Assembly: GCF_964355755.1 (NCBI RefSeq)
Contig: NC_092674.1
Span: forward strand, 372,001-436,000
Origin: Antedon mediterranea
Taxonomy: Eukaryota > Animalia > Echinodermata
Reading direction: 5' to 3'
DNA: 64,000 bases
Position 1 is the stretch's first letter, and every line of letters starts with the position of its first letter. This document shows positions 61,501-64,000 of this stretch, one piece after another. The notes under the pieces are model-generated. The model was given only the letters and a program-made list of their open reading frames with translations, was not told the DNA's origin and searched no databases. The position numbers and the translations under genes were made by a program.

Positions 61501-63838
61501 TCTGCTGGTCTCCTGTGTTCATTATCTACCTTTCATTTTACTTTGTGGACACCTTTCTGCTGGTCCCCTGTGTTTCAGAATTTAGATTTAGTAACTTAAA
61601 CATAAATGATGTGTACTGTAGGCAGTTAATATTTTTTTGTCAATATTTTAGAGTTATTAGTTTTCTTGTCATGTCTACAACTGTTCAGGTGGTCAATGCT
61701 TAAAGTAATTTTTACTTATTTTGATCATCTCCTTTCACACATTGTCTTCTTTTTTTGTAGTATATATATCTGTTCTTTTGTGTGGAAAATGAAACAAACA
61801 AACAGTTCAAGATCAGATTCCTTCTGTTTTATATGGCAGATAGACCACTAATTTCACTATTTTCTTTTTATATAGGGACACTCAGCCAGAGATAAGAGCG
61901 ATATGCATGGGTGAGATTGGTGTCTGGATGAAGAATTACAGTGAGATGTTCCTGAGTGATAGCTACCTGAAGTATGTTGGTTGGACTCTTCATGATAAAG
62001 TAAATATTTTACAATCTTTTTTTTTAAATAAGTAGAATTTTTACGATATTACATTCTTGACACCCCTCCTTTGAGCTGCTGCATAATTCCAAACAACTGT
62101 TTATTTGATAATAGTGATATTACATTCTTGACACCCCTCCTTTGAGCTGCTGCATAATTCCAAACTGTTTATTTGATAATAGTGATATTACATTCTTGAC
62201 ACCCCTCCTTTGAGCTGCTGCATAATTCCTAACAACTGTTTATTTGATAATAGTGATATTACATTCTTGACACCCCTCCTTTGAGCTGCTGCATAATTCC
62301 TAACAACTGTTTATTTGATAATAGTGATATTACATTCTTGACACCCCTCCTTTGAGCTGCTGCATAATTCCAAACAACTGTTTATTTGATAATAGTGATA
62401 TTACATTCTTGACACCCCTCCTTTGAGCTGCTGCATAATTCCTAACAACTGTTTATTTGATAATAGTGATATTACATTCTTGACACCCCTCCTTTGAGCT
62501 GCTGCATAATTCCAAACAACTGTTTATTTGATAATAGTGATATTACATTCTTGACACCCCTCCTTTGAGCTGCTGCATAATTCCTAACAACTGTTTATTT
62601 GATAATAGTGATATTACATTCTTGACACCCCTCCTTTGAGCTGCTGCATAATTCCAAACAACTGTTTATTTGATAATAGTGATATTACATTCTTGACACC
62701 CCTCCTTTGAGCTGCTGCATAATTCCAAACAACTGTTTATTTGATAATAGTGATATTACATTCTTGACACCCCTCCTTTGAGCTGCTGCATAATTCCAAA
62801 CTGTTTATTTGATAATAGATTTTAAAAATTTATATTTCAGTTGTGCTCCCAAAAAACTGTTGTTATTTTGCATTTTGCCTATAAAAGTTATTTTAAATTT
62901 GTCCCATTTATGCAGCCAAAAATGAATTAATTTGCTCACAACAAAGAAGAAATAGACAACATTAAATTGTTTATTCAAATTGTTTTCATTTTTGTTTATA
63001 ATATTATTAATTTAAAGGTTGGAGATGTGAGGTTGAAATGTTTAGTCGGACTTCAGAATCTCTACCTCGTAAGTGACTTGGCTTTAAAACTTGAACTCTT
63101 CACAAATCGGTTCAAAGACAGAATTGTGGCCATGACACTTGATAAGGAAACTGATGTTGCTGTACAGGCCATCAAGGTTGTCACTCTCATCTTAAAGTAA
63201 GTAACAATACTCAGATTTAAGTAAAGATTTGACACATGATTATGTAATGAGCAGCTAAACATGAATGTCCAATATTAAGTCTTTAAAGATATATTGTCCC
63301 CCTAACATTTTTTTTTTTTACATTTTTTGTTAACTATGCCATTTAAATGTCACATAATAGTTATTCACTTTCACCAAAAAAATGGATTGGAAGAAAAATT
63401 ATTTACCTAAAAAAATGTAATTTAAAGCAAAAAATACTAAAATTGTCTGTCAGACAATGGTTTTTGGTTAAAATTAACCTTTTTTGTTGTCTTACTGCAA
63501 TTGCCTATTTAAAGTATGATTTTATTAATCTTCATTTTTCATGAGGACAATACATCTTTAAGTATTAAGTCATTTCTTAACTAAAACTATAAATTTTAAT
63601 ATTTTTTTAATGTAGGTTTAATGAGGATATCTTATCGGCTGAAGATTGTGAAAATGTTTATCAACTTGTGTACTCAGCAAGTAGAGCTGTAGCACAGGCT
63701 GCAGGAGAGTTTCTCAATGAAAGACTGTTCAAGCGAGATGATACAGAGACAGGAAAATCCAAAAGGGCTGCTAGTAAAAGGCGTAGCGCCAATGCACCAC
63801 TTATCAAGGATCTTGTCCAGTTCTTTATAGAGAGTGAG
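58508..63838 (+). CDS. STAG1: Cohesin subunit SA (STAG1/2-like stromalin), 5' part; continues beyond the window
   Basis: Exons 58508-58602, 58780-58849, 59003-59116, 59230-59403, 59827-60031, 60673-60898, 61876-61999, 63018-63196, 63616-63838. Motifs [104 protein letters not shown]. Probable UTR exon ending at 53829. The STAG1 versus STAG2 label is nominal for an invertebrate. Confidence 0.96.
60495..60640. mobile_element. ~150-bp MITE, family copy 3
   Basis: AGCTCT.ACTATCAAAC...TTTGATAGTGTAGACAAAGCT, homologous to 5380 and 45096. Confidence 0.75.
60952..61574. repeat. ~52-60-bp pyrimidine-rich minisatellite
   Basis: Unit CATTATCTACCTTTCATTTTACTTTGTGGACACCTTTCTGCTGGTCCCCTGTGTT; explains ORFs 60883-61703. 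Confidence 0.95.
62045..62818. repeat. 71-bp tandem repeat, ~11 copies
   Basis: Unit GATATTACATTCTTGACACCCCTCCTTTGAGCTGCTGCATAATTCC(A/T)AACAACTGTTTATTTGATAATAGT. Confidence 0.97.
63287..63557. mobile_element. MITE with TTAA TSD (Kolobok-like), copy 2
   Basis: TTAA|AGATATATTGTCCC...GGACAATACATCT|TTAA; homologous to 30199-30544. Confidence 0.85.
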
Positions 63839-64000
63839 GTAAGTTCTTGTAATACAGAAGGTCTCATAGTTTAGAGACGAATAAGATTGTTAAAATGAAG
63901 TAGCATTGTTGATATGTTATTGGGCGAGAGTTTAATAGAGTCTTATCAGATAAGGACTATAAACTGTAGGTTCAATGTACACATCTAGCTCATGTGCACT

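Overview
AT-rich, intron-rich animal genomic DNA; the gene content (SRCR/EGF/PAN, F5/8C, class C GPCR) suggests a marine invertebrate such as an echinoderm, which is inference only. Spliced genes read directly from GT-AG exon chains: AKAP14-like (-), CDC16/APC6 (+, 16 coding exons), a small MGCGSS-start orphan gene (-), two tandem secreted single F5/8-type-C genes (+, the first frameshifted), a secreted SRCR-4xEGF-PAN gene (-), a CaSR/V2R-like class C GPCR (+) and the 5' part of a STAG/SA cohesin gene (+). Non-coding space holds two decayed LINEs, many non-autonomous TIR elements with readable TSDs (some nested) and many minisatellites, including a 5-kb array of a 40-bp unit. Most notable: (1) recurrent 10-35 bp CANRG...CYNTG palindromes flanked mostly by 7-8 bp duplications, resembling P-element excision footprints; (2) TA-(G/C)n-TA tracts in first introns, with a duplicated segment showing TA changed to TAGGCCTA; (3) a ~200-nt G-U-rich RNA structure in CDC16 intron 12.
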